NCBI GenBank assembly: GCA_963693365.1
Contig: CAVNZM010000002.1
Span: 16,711,615 to 16,775,614, forward strand
DNA from: Amoebidium appalachense
Taxonomy: Eukaryota; Protista; Ichthyosporea
Direction of reading: 5' to 3'
Length of the DNA stretch: 64,000 nucleotides
Shown here: positions 1-13,641 of the stretch, piece after piece
Position numbering within the stretch: position 1 is the first letter of the stretch
Layout of the letters: each line of letters opens with the position of its first letter
Made by a program: the position numbers and the translations under genes
The notes under the pieces: generated by a model
Databases searched by the model: none
What the model was told of the DNA's origin: nothing
The model's input: the letters and a program-made list of their open reading frames with translations, nothing else

Positions 1-308
1 ATAAGCACATTCCCCGTACAAAATAATATAAAAGTAGCAAGGCCTCGTAGATAAACAAAAGTAGTCACACTACAGTGAATAGCTGCACCCAGTCAGCAGT
101 GCTATTTAGGAGGCCTTCGTTTGAATCACAGCGACACAAACGAAATCGAGCGGTGACCCTTTCGAAATCATCACGTGCATCACATGATAGCGCAATCGTT
201 TTTAGTTTTTTACGAGTTCAGAAGTTGAACAAGGGAAGGATTTTTTACTGAAAACTAAGATTTGTAGTAACTCAAGGCCCAACTGTGAGCTGTTTGTATT
301 GCGCAAAA

Positions 309-478
309 ATGTCTTGGGGTAAGAAATCTGCGCATGCACCAGAAAAGATCGTGTCAATAACTCTAGAGCGGGAGAAGAATAGGAGTGTACAGAGCGTTGT
401 TAGAAGGGAGAGTGTGGGCTGGGATGGGGAGTTAGAAGTGGGGGTGGTGGTGGTGGTTGGGGGGGGGGGGGGGGGGGG

Positions 479-509
<31 letters not shown>

Positions 510-1310
510 ATGAAGGGGTAGGGGAGGAGAAGATAACGAATATTTCTGTGGTTAAACCTGTTTGAAAAGAGTGGTTTCATCCGTCTGCAACTTTCTGAGT
601 GAGGGCTCGGTACACCACCACAGTTACGTGCGTTTTTGTGTGCCTGTGCGTGTCCGTTAGGTAGCTCTGTGCCTGTGTTCGTGGAGGTTGAGCTAGTACG
701 CTTTGTGTGTGTTTTTCGCTTAGACACAAGTGGTACATACGTGCACAGACACACACTTCGATTGACAAGTAAACCAGACGCAAACCAGCACAGACTTGGT
801 ATGCACACTACTCATACACACGCACATGTGCACCGGTTGTTTGTTTGCTGCATCCTAGCACCATCTCCCCCTTTGCTTCTTGTTTGCTTCTAACCCCCCC
901 TCCCCCCCCGTCCTTTAGAGGACGATGATTTTGAGCCGGTGATTCCCAGTAAGGTGAAGCAGATTGGGTTTGAGGATGAGGACGAGGATGAAGACGTGAG
1001 GGTATGTCCCAGCGGCAGTCGCTTACACACACACAGGCAGACACAAACATGTACACGTTCACACACGCGCGCGCGCACGCACACACAGAGAGAGAGAGAG
1101 ACGCACTCACACACACGATACAAACGAGCAGCGCGTGCGCACACACGACACACACACACACAGGTACGTACACACCTGCTTGCAGACACAAACACAGGCA
1201 TAAGGACACACAAGCACAGACACACAGACACGCAAACACCACACAAGACACATACCTGCACACACCGACACCCACATGCACACACACACAAACACACACA
1301 CACACACACA

Positions 1311-1350
<40 letters not shown>

Positions 1351-2148
1351 AACACCCCACACTCACACCCACACCCAATACCTTAGAAGTTCCTCTGCAT
1401 TCTCTCTCCCCCCTTGGGCTGGTACCACCTTTGTCTATGTGTGCATGCGTGTCTGTATGTTTGTGTCTGGGCGATGGGGAAGATATGGAAAGTTAACCCG
1501 CTTATTATTGGCATGCCTCCCATTTATCCCGTTTTTCATTCAGGAAAGTTGGGACGTTGATTCTGACGAGGAGCGCAAGAAGAAGGAGGAGGCAAAGAAG
1601 GCCGAGGCAGCAAAGCCAAAGCCAGCGGCAGCAGCAGAGAAGAAGGGGGAAGAAGCTCAAGCAGGTGGGGGGGGGGGGGGGGGGGTTAAGGGGAAGGGAG
1701 GTGTATGTCGGAGGGGGGGGGGAGGGGGAGGGGGGAGGGAGGGGATATAGGGGAGAGGTGTGTGTGTCGGGATGGAGAGGAGACGGGAGGTGTGTATGTG
1801 TGTATATGTATGTGTAATTTGTGTGTGTGTGTGTGTATGTGCGTCGGAGGAGAGGAGGGATAGGGGGAGAAGGAAGAGGGTGGTTGAAGAGGGTAGTTGG
1901 GGGGGGGGGGGGGGGGAGGAAGGGGGGGAGGGGGGGAGGGGGAGGGGGGGGGGCTGCTGAGCTGTATGGGAGGAGAGGGGGGGGTGTGTGTGTTGAGAGA
2001 CGGGCTGAGGGACGGGCGGCGGGGGGAGGGGGGAGGAGAGGTGTGTATGTGTATGTTCGTGTGGGTTTTCGTGGGGGGGGGGGGGGGGGGGGATGTAGGA
2101 GAGAAAAGAGAGATGTGTATGTTTTTGTTTTGTTTTGTTTTTGTTTTT

Positions 2149-2184
<36 letters not shown>

Positions 2185-2529
2185 CTTGAGATGCAGGCAG
2201 AAGAGAATGGTGTATGTGTGTGTAGGGGGGGGTTAAGGGATACAGGAGAGAAGGGAGGTGTGTGTGTGTCTGGCGGGGGGGGGGGGGGGGGGGGGGGAGA
2301 AGGTGTGTGCGAAAAGGAAGTGGTGTGTTTATGGTGGGAGGGGATGAGGGAAGGCAAAGGGTTTTTGTGGGTGGTTTTTTTTTTTTTTTGGGGGGGGGGG
2401 GGACGGGGATGAGGAAGGACATCTGGGCGGGCAGATTGGGGGTGTGGGTGTGTCAATGTAAGTAATGAGTGTGTTGTCGGCGATGGTGTATCTGGTGTCC
2501 TTTGTGTGTGTGTGTGTGTGTCTGGTTGT

Positions 2530-2567
<38 letters not shown>

Positions 2568-3015
2568 TGTGTGTTTTTGTGTGTGTGTGTGTGTGTTTCT
2601 GCAATGCGCTTGGTTTCTTTTTCAGCTTTTATGATTTTTCCCCTTTCTTGTTTTTGGAATGGTGTGTTTTGGGTTTGGGGCAGGGGGAGGCTGTGGGGAT
2701 TAGGGTATGAAGAATATGTGTGTGTGTGTGTGTGTGTGTGTTTGGGGGGGGGGGGGGGGGGGGGGGGGGAGTGAAGGGATAGGTTAAAGTGGGAGGATGG
2801 GAGAGATTTGTGTGTGAGTGTGTGTGTGTTTGGGGGGGGGGAGGGGGCCTGGAGTATTTTTTTCGCCGTTTGCAGCATTTGGCACATTTTTGGTACCGAC
2901 ACGGTGTTTGTGTACACTCAGATCTGACCATATGTCCCTCCAGATTTTGAAAGAAAAAGAAAAGCAGGAGGCCCCGGCACCAGAGGTCAGACCCCCCCCT
3001 CCCTCCCCCCCTCAA

Positions 3016-3061
<46 letters not shown>

Positions 3062-3858
3062 CACGTGTACATATATACACAAGCACACGCGTGCATACAC
3101 GTACACACACACACACACACACACATACATACACACACGAACATACACGTACGTATCCGTACATACACACTGCCCGCACAAGCACGGAGAGTTGCATTCT
3201 CTTCCCTTTTCCTCCTAATGTACGAAGTAGGCACTCTCTTAATGGGATAGTACACACGTGTTTCAACTGCTGTCTCTGCGGGGAAGGAAGAAAAAGAAGG
3301 GGGGGGGGGGGGGGGGAATGATACACTGTCCGACCACGTGATATAAATACAGTCACCGCTCGATATAACCCCCCCCCCCTTTTGGTTACACTCTGGGGGA
3401 GGGGGGGGGGGGGGTTATATGGTGGGGGACAATATATCGTAATGTGTCCGTGTTTACATCCTGCCCGAAACCCCAAATCGATGACATCACCGGAGGGGGG
3501 GGGGGGGGGAGGGGGGGGGGGGGGGGGGGGCTATATTGGGGGGAACGCTATATAGTGGGGACGCTATAGCGAGCGGTGGCTGCAGTGGAAAGGAAATGGA
3601 GCCCATGTTAAACAGTTGATGAGGCTGCAATGATCTGTGGGGGTGCAAGCAGTAGGCGCAGTGAGGTGGGGCAGGGGAGGAGGGTGTGGTGGTGGTGGTG
3701 GTGTGTGGGTGGGTTTTGGGGGAGGGGGGAGGTGGGGGGGGGAGAGGGGTTTAGTGTACGACGGGGGAGACAGAGGGTCATTATGTGAGTACAGACATGC
3801 ATGTATTATCCATATAAATGTCCATGCATTAGTCGACACGCGGCCAGGTGATGCTTGC

Positions 3859-3893
<35 letters not shown>

Positions 3894-4016
3894 ACCACCC
3901 CCACCACCACCACCACCCCCACCCCCCTTTTCACGCCCAATGTGGTGCCTGTCGTGAATGTATGCTCAAATGCGCTGTACGACATTTCCCTCTCCGAATA
4001 ACAAAAAAAAGAGGCG

Positions 4017-4085
<69 letters not shown>

Positions 4086-4295
4086 AGGTCGAGCTAGATC
4101 CGATATCCGAGAAGCTGCGGCGGCAAAAGTTGGTAGAGGATGCAGACTTTGAGGTTGCAAAGGCCACGTTCGGGGGGGCTGCACCCCAGGAGGCCCAGCC
4201 GGGTACGTGTGCATGTGTGGGTGCGCCTGTGTGTGTGCGCGCGCGTTGGGGATGGTTAGTTGGGAGGGTCGTGGGTCATGCATTTGCGTGGGTGT

Positions 4296-4358
<63 letters not shown>

Positions 4359-4931
4359 TTTGGGGGGATGGGGGGGGGGGGGGGGGGGGGGGGGGATTGT
4401 GCGAGTGTGTTTCATTGATGGTATGAATGGGTGTATATAGTGTATGAGGCGGGTGTATTATTTATGGGATGCGGTGTGTAGAATTTTGGCGGTGGGTGTG
4501 TAAGTTTACTATGTGGGTGGGTGTCTGCAATTGATGATTTAAGTAAGTGGGTGTCTATGATTTATGATGTAGGTGAGTGTGGATATATCAAGGCTTGTGT
4601 GTGGCGCGTGGGTGTGGGCATTTGTTGTGGAGAGAATGGGAGGGCAAATTGGATGATATGGATGGGGTTTGTGAGTGGGCTTGTTGCTGCGATGCCGATT
4701 GTGTGTATGTGTGTATCGTTGGCGGGCTTCACGTGTGCAGGTGGCCGTGTTAGTGTATGGGTGTGTGTGTGTGTCGGAGGGGGAGGGGGAGGGGGGAAAT
4801 GGGGGGATGGGGGGAGGGGGAGGGGGTAGGCAGCGATGGTTCTCGTGTGTGGCTGCAGGTATGGTTTTGTGTGTATGTGTTTGGGTGGGTTTGTAGAGGT
4901 AATTGTTGTGCGTGTGTGCGTGCGTGCGTGT

Positions 4932-4962
<31 letters not shown>

Positions 4963-5281
4963 GGAGGGGGGAGGGGGACGGGGGGGGAGTGGGGAGGCTT
5001 TGATGGAAAGAGTATTTGTGTGTGGGGGGGGGGGGGGGGAAGGGGGGGTTGCAGACTTTGGGGCTTCCCCCTCCCCCTCCCTCCCTCCGCCCCTCCCCTC
5101 CCTCCCCAGTACGCACCGTACAAACACACATACACGCACACATACTCTCTCTCTTCCTCCCCCCCCCCCCCCCCCCCCCCCTCCCTTCTCCCCCTCTCTC
5201 TGACACGCGCACACCCACACCCACACACACACACACACATGCACACACTCACTCACTCACTCACTCACACTCGCACTTACA

Positions 5282-5312
<31 letters not shown>

Positions 5313-6718
5313 CACTCACACTCACTCGCACTGGCCCTTGCACACACACACACACACACACGCCCACAAGTGACATTCCTTTCCCGTTTTTCTCTCCTCG
5401 TTCTTTCGAAGCAACTCAGGGATTCCATAAGTTCCCCCCCCCTTTCCAGCTGCTTTCCCCTAACTGCCTTGTGACACCTTGTAACCAATATCTGTGTTTT
5501 CCCCCCATCACCCACCATTCACCCACAGAGGAGCTTATTGATGTGATGGGAATGGAGCCTAAGACGAGGGCCGACTTCAGTCTCATGAGCCAGGTCATCG
5601 GGGCTTCGCTCTCAGACTATGACGTAATAGTCCCTCTCTCCCCCTCCCTCCCTCCCTCCCCCCCCCCCCCCCCCCCCCCCCTTGAGGATGGGTACTGCTT
5701 ATGTTGCATACTGCGTGTTGCTGATGATGCATATTTTGATGTTTGCTTGTGCATAAGAATGTGTGACCTGTATCCTGCCACCTTGTTTCTTATCGTGTAG
5801 TTGTGCTACACAGCCTGTTCCGCATTCTACCCATACTACATTCTTACCCCCTCCCCCCCCCCCACCCCTCCCCCCGCACTCCCCCCCCCCCCCCCCCTCC
5901 ACCCCATCCCACCCCCTCCCTGCTTTCCCCCTCTCTCCCTCTTCCACTCGTCGGGCTGTCCGGCTATACGGGCAGACATTGTAGCAGATCAAGATCTCAC
6001 ACACACATCACTGCACTAGGTGGACCATAGGCTTCTAAACATTGTCACATGCATTTGTTCAGTTTGGACACTGATTCTGACTTGCTTAACAAAACATAGG
6101 CATATTGCTCTATCGCGGGCCGGGGGGGGGGGGGGGGGGGGGGAGAGGGGTGGTATTTCAAGCAGGTTGGTCGATCCCGTTTGGGCGGGCGGGGCAGGGG
6201 AGAGGGGGGGGGGGGGGGGGGGGGGGGGGTGAGGGGGGGGCAAACTTACTAGGCTATACTGCGCATGTGTGTTGGAGGGTGGTGGTGGTTGTGTGTGGGT
6301 GTGTATGTGTGTGGGTGTGTGTGTGTGTGTGTGGGAGAGAGAGGGGGGGGGGGGGGGGGGGGAGGCACATACTAGGTTATTACACGCATATGTGTGGGAA
6401 CGTGGTGGTGGTGGTGGCGTTGTGTGGGGGGGGGGGGGGGGGGGAAGAGGGGGGAGAGGAGAGAAGGGGGGGGGAGGGGGGGAGGGGGGGGGGGGGAGGT
6501 GCCTGTGAACATGTTAGGTTTTGTTTTGTTTTGTGGGTGCTGTGGGGGTGCATATGGTATGGGCTGCTTGAACTCTTCTCGACCCATGCTACCAGACTGC
6601 CTGTATGCCAGCCTGATGCCCACATCACACCCTGCCCTGTACATGTTCACACCGGACAACGTATAAGCACATGCACACACACATATATCACTCACTCACT
6701 CACTCATTTACTCGCACA

Positions 6719-6761
<43 letters not shown>

Positions 6762-6895
6762 CGCTCAGGCCACTTCCTGTACATGATTGAGCAAATCTTG
6801 AAGGACGTGTGTGGCCCCCTAAACTCCGAAGACACGAAGAAGTTGGCCACCGTTATGACCGTTATCCAACACGACAAAGCAAAAGCCGTAAGCAG

Positions 6896-6945
<50 letters not shown>

Positions 6946-6952
6946 ACACACA

Positions 6953-6997
<45 letters not shown>

Positions 6998-7126
6998 CCC
7001 CACCCTACCTCACCCAAACTCACCCACTTAATTCACACAAGGTCACACCACACAGGCGTGCGCGCTCACACAGACACATGTGCGCGTGCACACACACACA
7101 CTAACGCACACACGCACACACACACA

Positions 7127-7177
<51 letters not shown>

Positions 7178-7670
7178 CCCCCCCCCCCCCCCCCCCCCCC
7201 TCAATTACTCACTCACTCAACTCACTCAACTCACTCACACACACACACACCATCGTCACGCCGACGACAACCTCCCGCCCCTTGAACTGCTCAAAGGTTT
7301 ATTAAACATTAGTCTTTCCTCTCATATGTCTCACAATCCTCAGTCTTTCCTCTCATATGTCTCATAATCCCCAGTCTTTCCTCTCGTATGTCACATAATC
7401 CTCAGTCTTTCCTCTCATATGTCTCATAATCCTCAGTCTTTCCTCTCATGTCTCTCATAATCCTCAGTCTTTCCTCTCATATCTCCCATAGTCTCAGTCT
7501 TTTCTCTCATGTGTCTCTAGACCTCAGTGCATTAGTTTCCACCCATCAGTGTTGGTGTGTACCCACAATGATGTGGCCGGCAAAACAACAATACATGCAA
7601 AAGCTGAACATAAACCATATGCATACACATGCGGCCGTACATGAATACTTACATAAGACAAGCGAGCGCG

Positions 7671-7721
<51 letters not shown>

Positions 7722-7881
7722 CAAGGGCACGAAGGGTCCAGTTAAGAAAGCCGCACCTGCAGCCAAGAAAATCACAAAGACCGGCCCGAGCCCTGTGGAG
7801 GATTTCAGCGATGTGGCGGTTAAAGCAACACCGGGGGACAAAAATAGGGCCGCCATGTATGATGACTATGATTTCATGTGA
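309..7881 (+). CDS. EIF3J: Eukaryotic translation initiation factor 3 subunit J (Hcr1). Exons 309-318, 919-1001, 1544-1664, 2944-2985, 4088-4202, 5529-5623, 6762-6887, 7720-7881
   Basis: GT-AG joined exons give [13 protein letters not shown]...[18 protein letters not shown]...[26 protein letters not shown]...MEPKTRADF...[20 protein letters not shown]...MYDDYDFM*, with the acidic WD/WE N-terminus, EKLR core and C-terminal DFM of eIF3j. One extra G in the G5 run at 1645-1649 must be removed to keep frame. Confidence 0.93.
3350..3582. mobile_element. Tc1/pogo-like MITE in an eIF3j intron
   Basis: Imperfect terminal inverted repeats CAGTCACCGCTCGATATA ... TATAGCGAGCGGTGGCTG (2 mismatches), TA on the left flank (CA on the right), no coding capacity. 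Confidence 0.6.
5681..5846 (+). mobile_element. Diverged copy of the poly(C)-tailed intronic retroposon family
   Basis: Starts CTTGAGGATGGGTACTGCTTATG (family motif CCTGAGGATGGGCTCTGCTTA), ends CGCATTCTACCC/CATTCTTACCCC, and is flanked by C runs. Confidence 0.6.
7311..7525 (+). repeat. 31-bp minisatellite, about 7 copies
   Basis: Unit AGTCTTTCCTCTCATATGTCTCATAATCCTC recurring at 7311, 7342, 7373 and onward. Confidence 0.9.
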
Positions 7882-8599
7882 TTGGTTCAAGGATGTGATG
7901 CACTTTTGTGATTCGGTCACTGTTTCTATTGTTTGATTTTGAACAATAATGGATTTTTTGATGATCGCATTATCGAATGTTAGGGGTGAGGACGGGTCAC
8001 ATTTCCTCTGTATTCAAGTATGTTTCAAGTGTCACGGTTTGGCCATTGTGTTAGTGGGGAAGGCGGGATGCACGGAGGGGTGTACATGTATTATTTGGTT
8101 TACTTTACCTTTTTGTAATCTCTGTGTGCCATGTATGCAAAACACCACACACATTATGATCCACCAAGCATTCTTCACGCTGTGGCAGCGCCACAGTGCC
8201 GAAATCTGATAAGACGTGGTTTGAAATCATGTGTCATTGACCCCGGTTGGCCTATGCAGCAAGATGGTGGCCTGTAATAAATAGACCAAATGCATGCATG
8301 GCATTGCGCAGAAGCCTTGATTTGGACGTCGTTGCGAGGTGTGTGTAGTACAACCAGGGAGGGTTATCATGATACAAATTTGGAAGCTGCTGTTCGAATT
8401 TAAGGAGGAAGCCTTCGAAGATCTCCGCCCACCGTGCAGTTAACGAACGACATGTTTACATGTGTGCACGTGCTTGCTCGTCACTATATATATAAGAGAT
8501 CAGGTGCACGGACCGAGTAAGGGGGAGGGAAACCCGGAGCACCCACATGCGAGTGGATGCACGTGTATGCAACATGTCATGTACAGTCACGACTGGGAA

Positions 8600-8941
8600 G
8601 GAACAACCCTATGGACGAGCTACCCTTAACGAATAAATGTCCAAAAATAAATTTCCTTATATACCATATATGGTATATAAGACTATTGGTCCGTTATGTC
8701 CACACCAATCAAATTGAGTGCGGGGATGAACCATGCATGTGCATAATGGCAGATCGTAATCCCCCATACTCCCTAACTCCCGATACTCAGTGGGGGCCGA
8801 TAATTCTACATATGAAATTTGATCAATTACATAGTGAAATTTCAAAATGAACCCTTTGTCCTTAATAGGAACAACCCTATGGACGAGCTACCCTTAGAAG
8901 GAACAACCCTATGGACGAGCTACCCTTAGAAGGAACAACCC
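8600..8941 (+). repeat. Dispersed plus tandem 29-32-bp direct repeats
   Basis: GGAACAACCCTATGGACGAGCTACCCTTA at 8600, 8868 and 8900, with a partial copy near 8931. Confidence 0.85.
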
Positions 8942-9442
8942 CCAGCCCCCCCCCCCCTCCCCCCCCCCCCCCCCCACCTTCCCCCCCCCCCCCCCCCCAA
9001 AACCCTGGTTCGATCCCGGCTTTCCCCCCCCCCCCCCCCCCCCCCTTTTTCTTTTTTTTTTTTCTCCCGTCAATGGGTGCGCTATTTGCCAACCGTAAGA
9101 CACTACCTTATTGCAGCCAATGCCATCAAATTGACTGGGCACACACGTGTCGGCCAACAGACAACAGAGTTTCGCTAGCAAACGTACGGTGTTCCTTTTT
9201 TTCCTTTTTTCCCTTTTTTCGACTCGCACTTTTGGCGTCCCTTAGGTTGCAAAATGACTATCGAAGAAAAACAAGAAGCCTAAGGCTCTTCTTAAGGGAA
9301 CTAATCCCAGTGGTTTAGGAAAGGGTGTGAAGCAAAGTGCGAAACTCGCCACCTTCCAGCGCAGCTTCACGGCCCCAGCTAAATTTAAGTGGAGGCAAGG
9401 CCTACCTACTCTGTAGATAGATGATTGGAAAAAAATTACGGA

Positions 9443-9488
9443 TGACGTCATATTGGATTTGATTGCGCAATCACTATGTTTGCGCAAT
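9443..9488. promoter_or_regulatory. Putative bZIP-site cluster upstream of the 7-TM gene
   Basis: Perfect CRE palindrome TGACGTCA (9443-9450), ATTGG, C/EBP-type palindrome GATTGCGCAATC (9461-9472) and TTGCGCAAT (9480-9488), about 150 bp upstream of ATG 9628. Confidence 0.45.
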
Positions 9489-9627
9489 CATCTAGTATAC
9501 AGCGTGCACTAGTATATATGGACGTCCTTGAATCATAAATGGGCCAGTTTCACGTACATACAAAACAGATTCAGAGCTGCTCGTGCTGTACCTAGCCTCC
9601 ATTCTCATATACGTGCACTATATCCGC

Positions 9628-10815
9628 ATGGATCTGTTCGGTGCTGACGTACCCGACTCGAAGGTGCTTAGGGCCACTGCCTTTTGGGTCGGTGTTGTGG
9701 GCTTTGTGTTTGCTGCTGTGTGCTTCATCTTGATGGTTGCTGCAACGCACGTCTACGTGCAGAACATCCCAAGGATGAAAAACAAACGGGGCCGTCTACC
9801 ACTATCCATCGTCATTTTTGGCGGCACGGCCTACGCAATAATGCTTGCGTTTGTCTCCGGAGTTGTGCTCTGGATCTACTGGGCAGACGCAATTCCCACC
9901 GATGTGTGGAAAAGCCCGGCGTTTTATCTCACTGTTATCCAGTTGAACTTCCAGTTTGCGCGAGCGTGTGCAATTTTGCCAATTACCGGGCTCCTTCTTC
10001 ACATTGTGGTAATCTACTATGGGCGCCCCTCGTTGTGCCCACCAATGTGGATCCCCCCTCATGCCCCTGGGCTGAGAACGTCTGCGAGCCTTACATCGTG
10101 GGCGACATATACCGCCGTTATGAAGCTACCCCTCGTGTTTGGATATATTTTATGATGTACCAGTTTTTCTCAGATAGGGCGGCATATTGGACGAATAGCG
10201 CCGAAGCCATTATCCACCAGTCTATCCACGTGTTTTACGCATATTTTGACTTGTGGACGGTAATTTGCCTAGTGCTGGTGCGGAAAGGGTTAAAGAAACA
10301 TGACCTCGACCAAACCCGCTACTTGGTGGCACTGTCTTTAACCTGGATCGTCACGTCCACCGTTTCCTATGCACGTGCAACCACAGGAATGAGCCGGCAC
10401 ATATTGCCCCTGGTGTTCGTCCTTATGTGCCAGGTCATACAGGTGGTTGTTTTTTTCTGCTTTGTGTTTGCAGATCCGCAAGATGATTGAGTCTAACAAT
10501 TACTGTATGAGCCGGGGAAACACTGTTGCACGTTCGAAACCGCTAGGCCTTGGCCCACCAAGAGACTCTGACGCAACCATATCACCAACACTCCCCGGGT
10601 CATGCACAAGCAACACAAGTGGGGTCACGGAGACGGGAAAACAAAAATCCTCAGCAGACCACCTCGTGCTTGTCGAGCGCCACAATGTTGCGGCCAATAG
10701 TGTGCACCCGGCCGGCCGGCAATGTATATCCGTCGAAGGGGACTCGGAGCTTCAAAAGCAAACAGTGGCAGAATGCGAAGGAGAGGACGTCCAAGAGCAG
10801 AGGCTCGGCAATTAG
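9628..10815 (+). CDS. Intronless 7-transmembrane GPCR-like protein (two compensating frameshifts in T runs)
   Basis: Three overlapping ORFs join via T4 at 10148-10151 (one T missing) and T7 at 10450-10456 (one T extra) into about 395 aa, with 7 hydrophobic segments and a polar Ser/Thr-rich C-tail. Confidence 0.65.
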
Positions 10816-10851
10816 TATGTATGCAATAACCCCCGAGAGGGGGGGGCAGGG

Positions 10852-10897
<46 letters not shown>

Positions 10898-11717
10898 GGG
10901 GGGGGGGGGATGGTCACATGTGTATAATGTGTAGAATACTATGATGTGATACTCTGATGTATCTGAATGCCTGGCCATGGACCATTTTAATGCTATTTGC
11001 TAGCGCTGTGCTCTTGATAAGGCTGTGAATGTATGCATGGTACTAATTGACCTAGTGGTAATGCTCAGCCTAACCTTTTACTGTAACTTATCAGATGTGA
11101 TACTACCGTGAATTTCTGTTCCAGTCCGACCGTATTGAAGAATGTACATGGCGTCGCAGTTACTGATCCCGGGTACCAACAATCTTTCTCCAGACACAAT
11201 CATACCCCTGCTTTATCCCGCCATCAACGTTATATGTGCAGGTACATTAGTATTCGATTCGATATGTTTTTATTGACTAACAACAACAGGGATAAATGCC
11301 CGTTTTTGGTATTAATATTATTATTCAGATATGCTATCAGTTATCTCAAATAGAGCTAAATATCCCCCTGGCACTAGCGCTGTTGGCAGGTCCACAGTTT
11401 GGGTGCCTACTAATTTTCTGCAATTGATCGTTGACAAATCGTTACCGTTAACGTTGCAGTGCCCGAACCGTCAGAACTGTGTGCACGTGGTGTTAGTTTG
11501 CAGCATAGCTATGTATGTCGTACAACACGGACACGTGCTGTAATTCTAACTGGTTAGATTCGGTTTTTGTCACTTGTTTGGATACCTTGTCTGTGCCTCC
11601 CACAGTGGCCTCGCGAATCATGTATATACGTAGTGCATATGCATTGCCAATAGTATTACATCTAAAAAAACTCCCCCCCCCCCCCCCCCCCCCCTTCCCC
11701 TCTCCCTCCCCCCCTTC

Positions 11718-11751
<34 letters not shown>

Positions 11752-13603
11752 CTCACTCCGAGGCTCCCCTCCTCCGTCTTCCTCCTCGGCCCACTGTCAC
11801 CCCCACCCCTCCCTCCCCCCCCCCCCCAAACAAACTTTAGCATGCCCTGACACACGCGGACACAGGCACATACGTGCACGCACCAGTGCGTGCACGCGCG
11901 CACACACACACACACACGTGGCACACACACACAACATGCGCACACACACACACACAGAGAAAGAGAGAGAGACGAGGGAAGGGGTACCCGACACACACAG
12001 AGAGAGAGAGAGACGAGGGAAGGGGTACCCGGCAGCATGGGGCGGATGGGGGGGGGGGGGAGGGGGAGTCAGAAATAATGTTATCAGGGCCTAGCCAAAA
12101 TGCAGTGAAAGCATGAATCACCACCAATGATTACGCCCCTCCCCCCCCCCCCCCCCCCCCCCCCCGCGGTATGTGTGTGTTACAGTGTGTGTACGTGTGT
12201 GTACGTGTGTGTTTGTGTGTGTGTGTGTGTGTATACGTGCATGCGGCACTGCGCGGCGTGCATGCATGCGCGTGTGTGCGACACTGTGTGTGTCTGTTTG
12301 TGTCTGTGTGTGTGCGTGTGTGCGCGTGTGTGTGTGGGTATGTGGGCGTGTGCGTGTGTGTGCACGTGTATCAGACTGAGTGTGTGTGTGATCTGTTGTT
12401 GCGATAAGAGAGGAGGGTGGGGGGAGGAGCCTTAGAGAGGGGGAGGGAGAGGGGAGGTGTGGGGGGGGGGGGGGGGGGGAGGGGATGGTCAGATTCCTCG
12501 TTTTCAGTGAGGACGACGACGACTTACTTGACTGCATTTACTATCATAGTACAAGTATGAGTCATGCGCAAGTTAGCAAGGTATCACATATCTCGGCAAT
12601 AAGATCTTAGCAATGTCCTATTTTGGATACGAAGAAGTGAGGACACTGAGTCTATTATTACTCAGTCATTTTGCATACACTGCTCCCCCCCCCTCCCCCC
12701 CCCCTCCCCCCATCCCCCTGCATTCCTCTGGAGCCCTGGGAGGCTGGGGGACGCTACCCCTGAGTCAGAACCCCTCGGTGTGTGCCTGTATGTGGGTGGA
12801 AGTATGCAGGGCTGTGATTAAGTACCTTCATCCTCCCCCCCCCCCCCCCCCCTTCCCCCCCCCCCTTCCCCCCCCCCCCCCCCCCCCTCCCTCCCTCCCG
12901 GTATTTCAGTAGACTGCAACTATCACCATATGCATCTGTCTGAAGTTCAGCGATTTTACAACAGCCCGATCACGATTGTGCAAACTGAGACATGGAGGAA
13001 CGTCATGTCTGGCAGGTAGGTGCGCGTGTGGCTGCCTACCATATATGTAATATCATACAACTACGGTATTGGTAATCTAATGATTGGCAAGATTCCGTCC
13101 TATGATTCGTCACAGTAGATGGGCTCCACAGCACTGCCTGCCCATGCCATGAACTGAGTCTAAACCCCTCTAAGTCATACTTACCAATAACATTGCGTGA
13201 GCGTGTACGGATTGTGGTGCGGGCAAATTTGACTTGATAAACATATGATGCCTTCCCCCCCCTCCCCCCCCCCCCCCTTTCCCCTCCCCCCGGGCCCCCC
13301 CCAACCCATCTTCGTCCCTCTGTCTCTCATGCATCCCCCCTCCCCCCCTCCCCCCCCCCCCCCCCCCCCCCCCTCCTCCCCCTCCCTCCCCCTCCTCCCC
13401 TACTGCTTCCACTTGGGCTTCATCTCAGGTTACCCGAGGCTCCCAGCCAGTTTTTCCACACTACATGAACCACTCGGAGCTCTCTCACCCTTACTCTCTC
13501 ACAATATTTCCATTCCCCCCCCCCCCCCCACCACCACCACCACCACCACCACCATCCCCACCACCACACACACACACACACACACACATACCCCTTCCTC
13601 TCT

Positions 13604-13641
<38 letters not shown>

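Noticed and set aside
11000-11385. MULE-like element with 10-bp flanking repeats CTAGCGCTGT
   Set aside because: The terminal inverted repeats are too weak and offset, and there is no second copy in the window.
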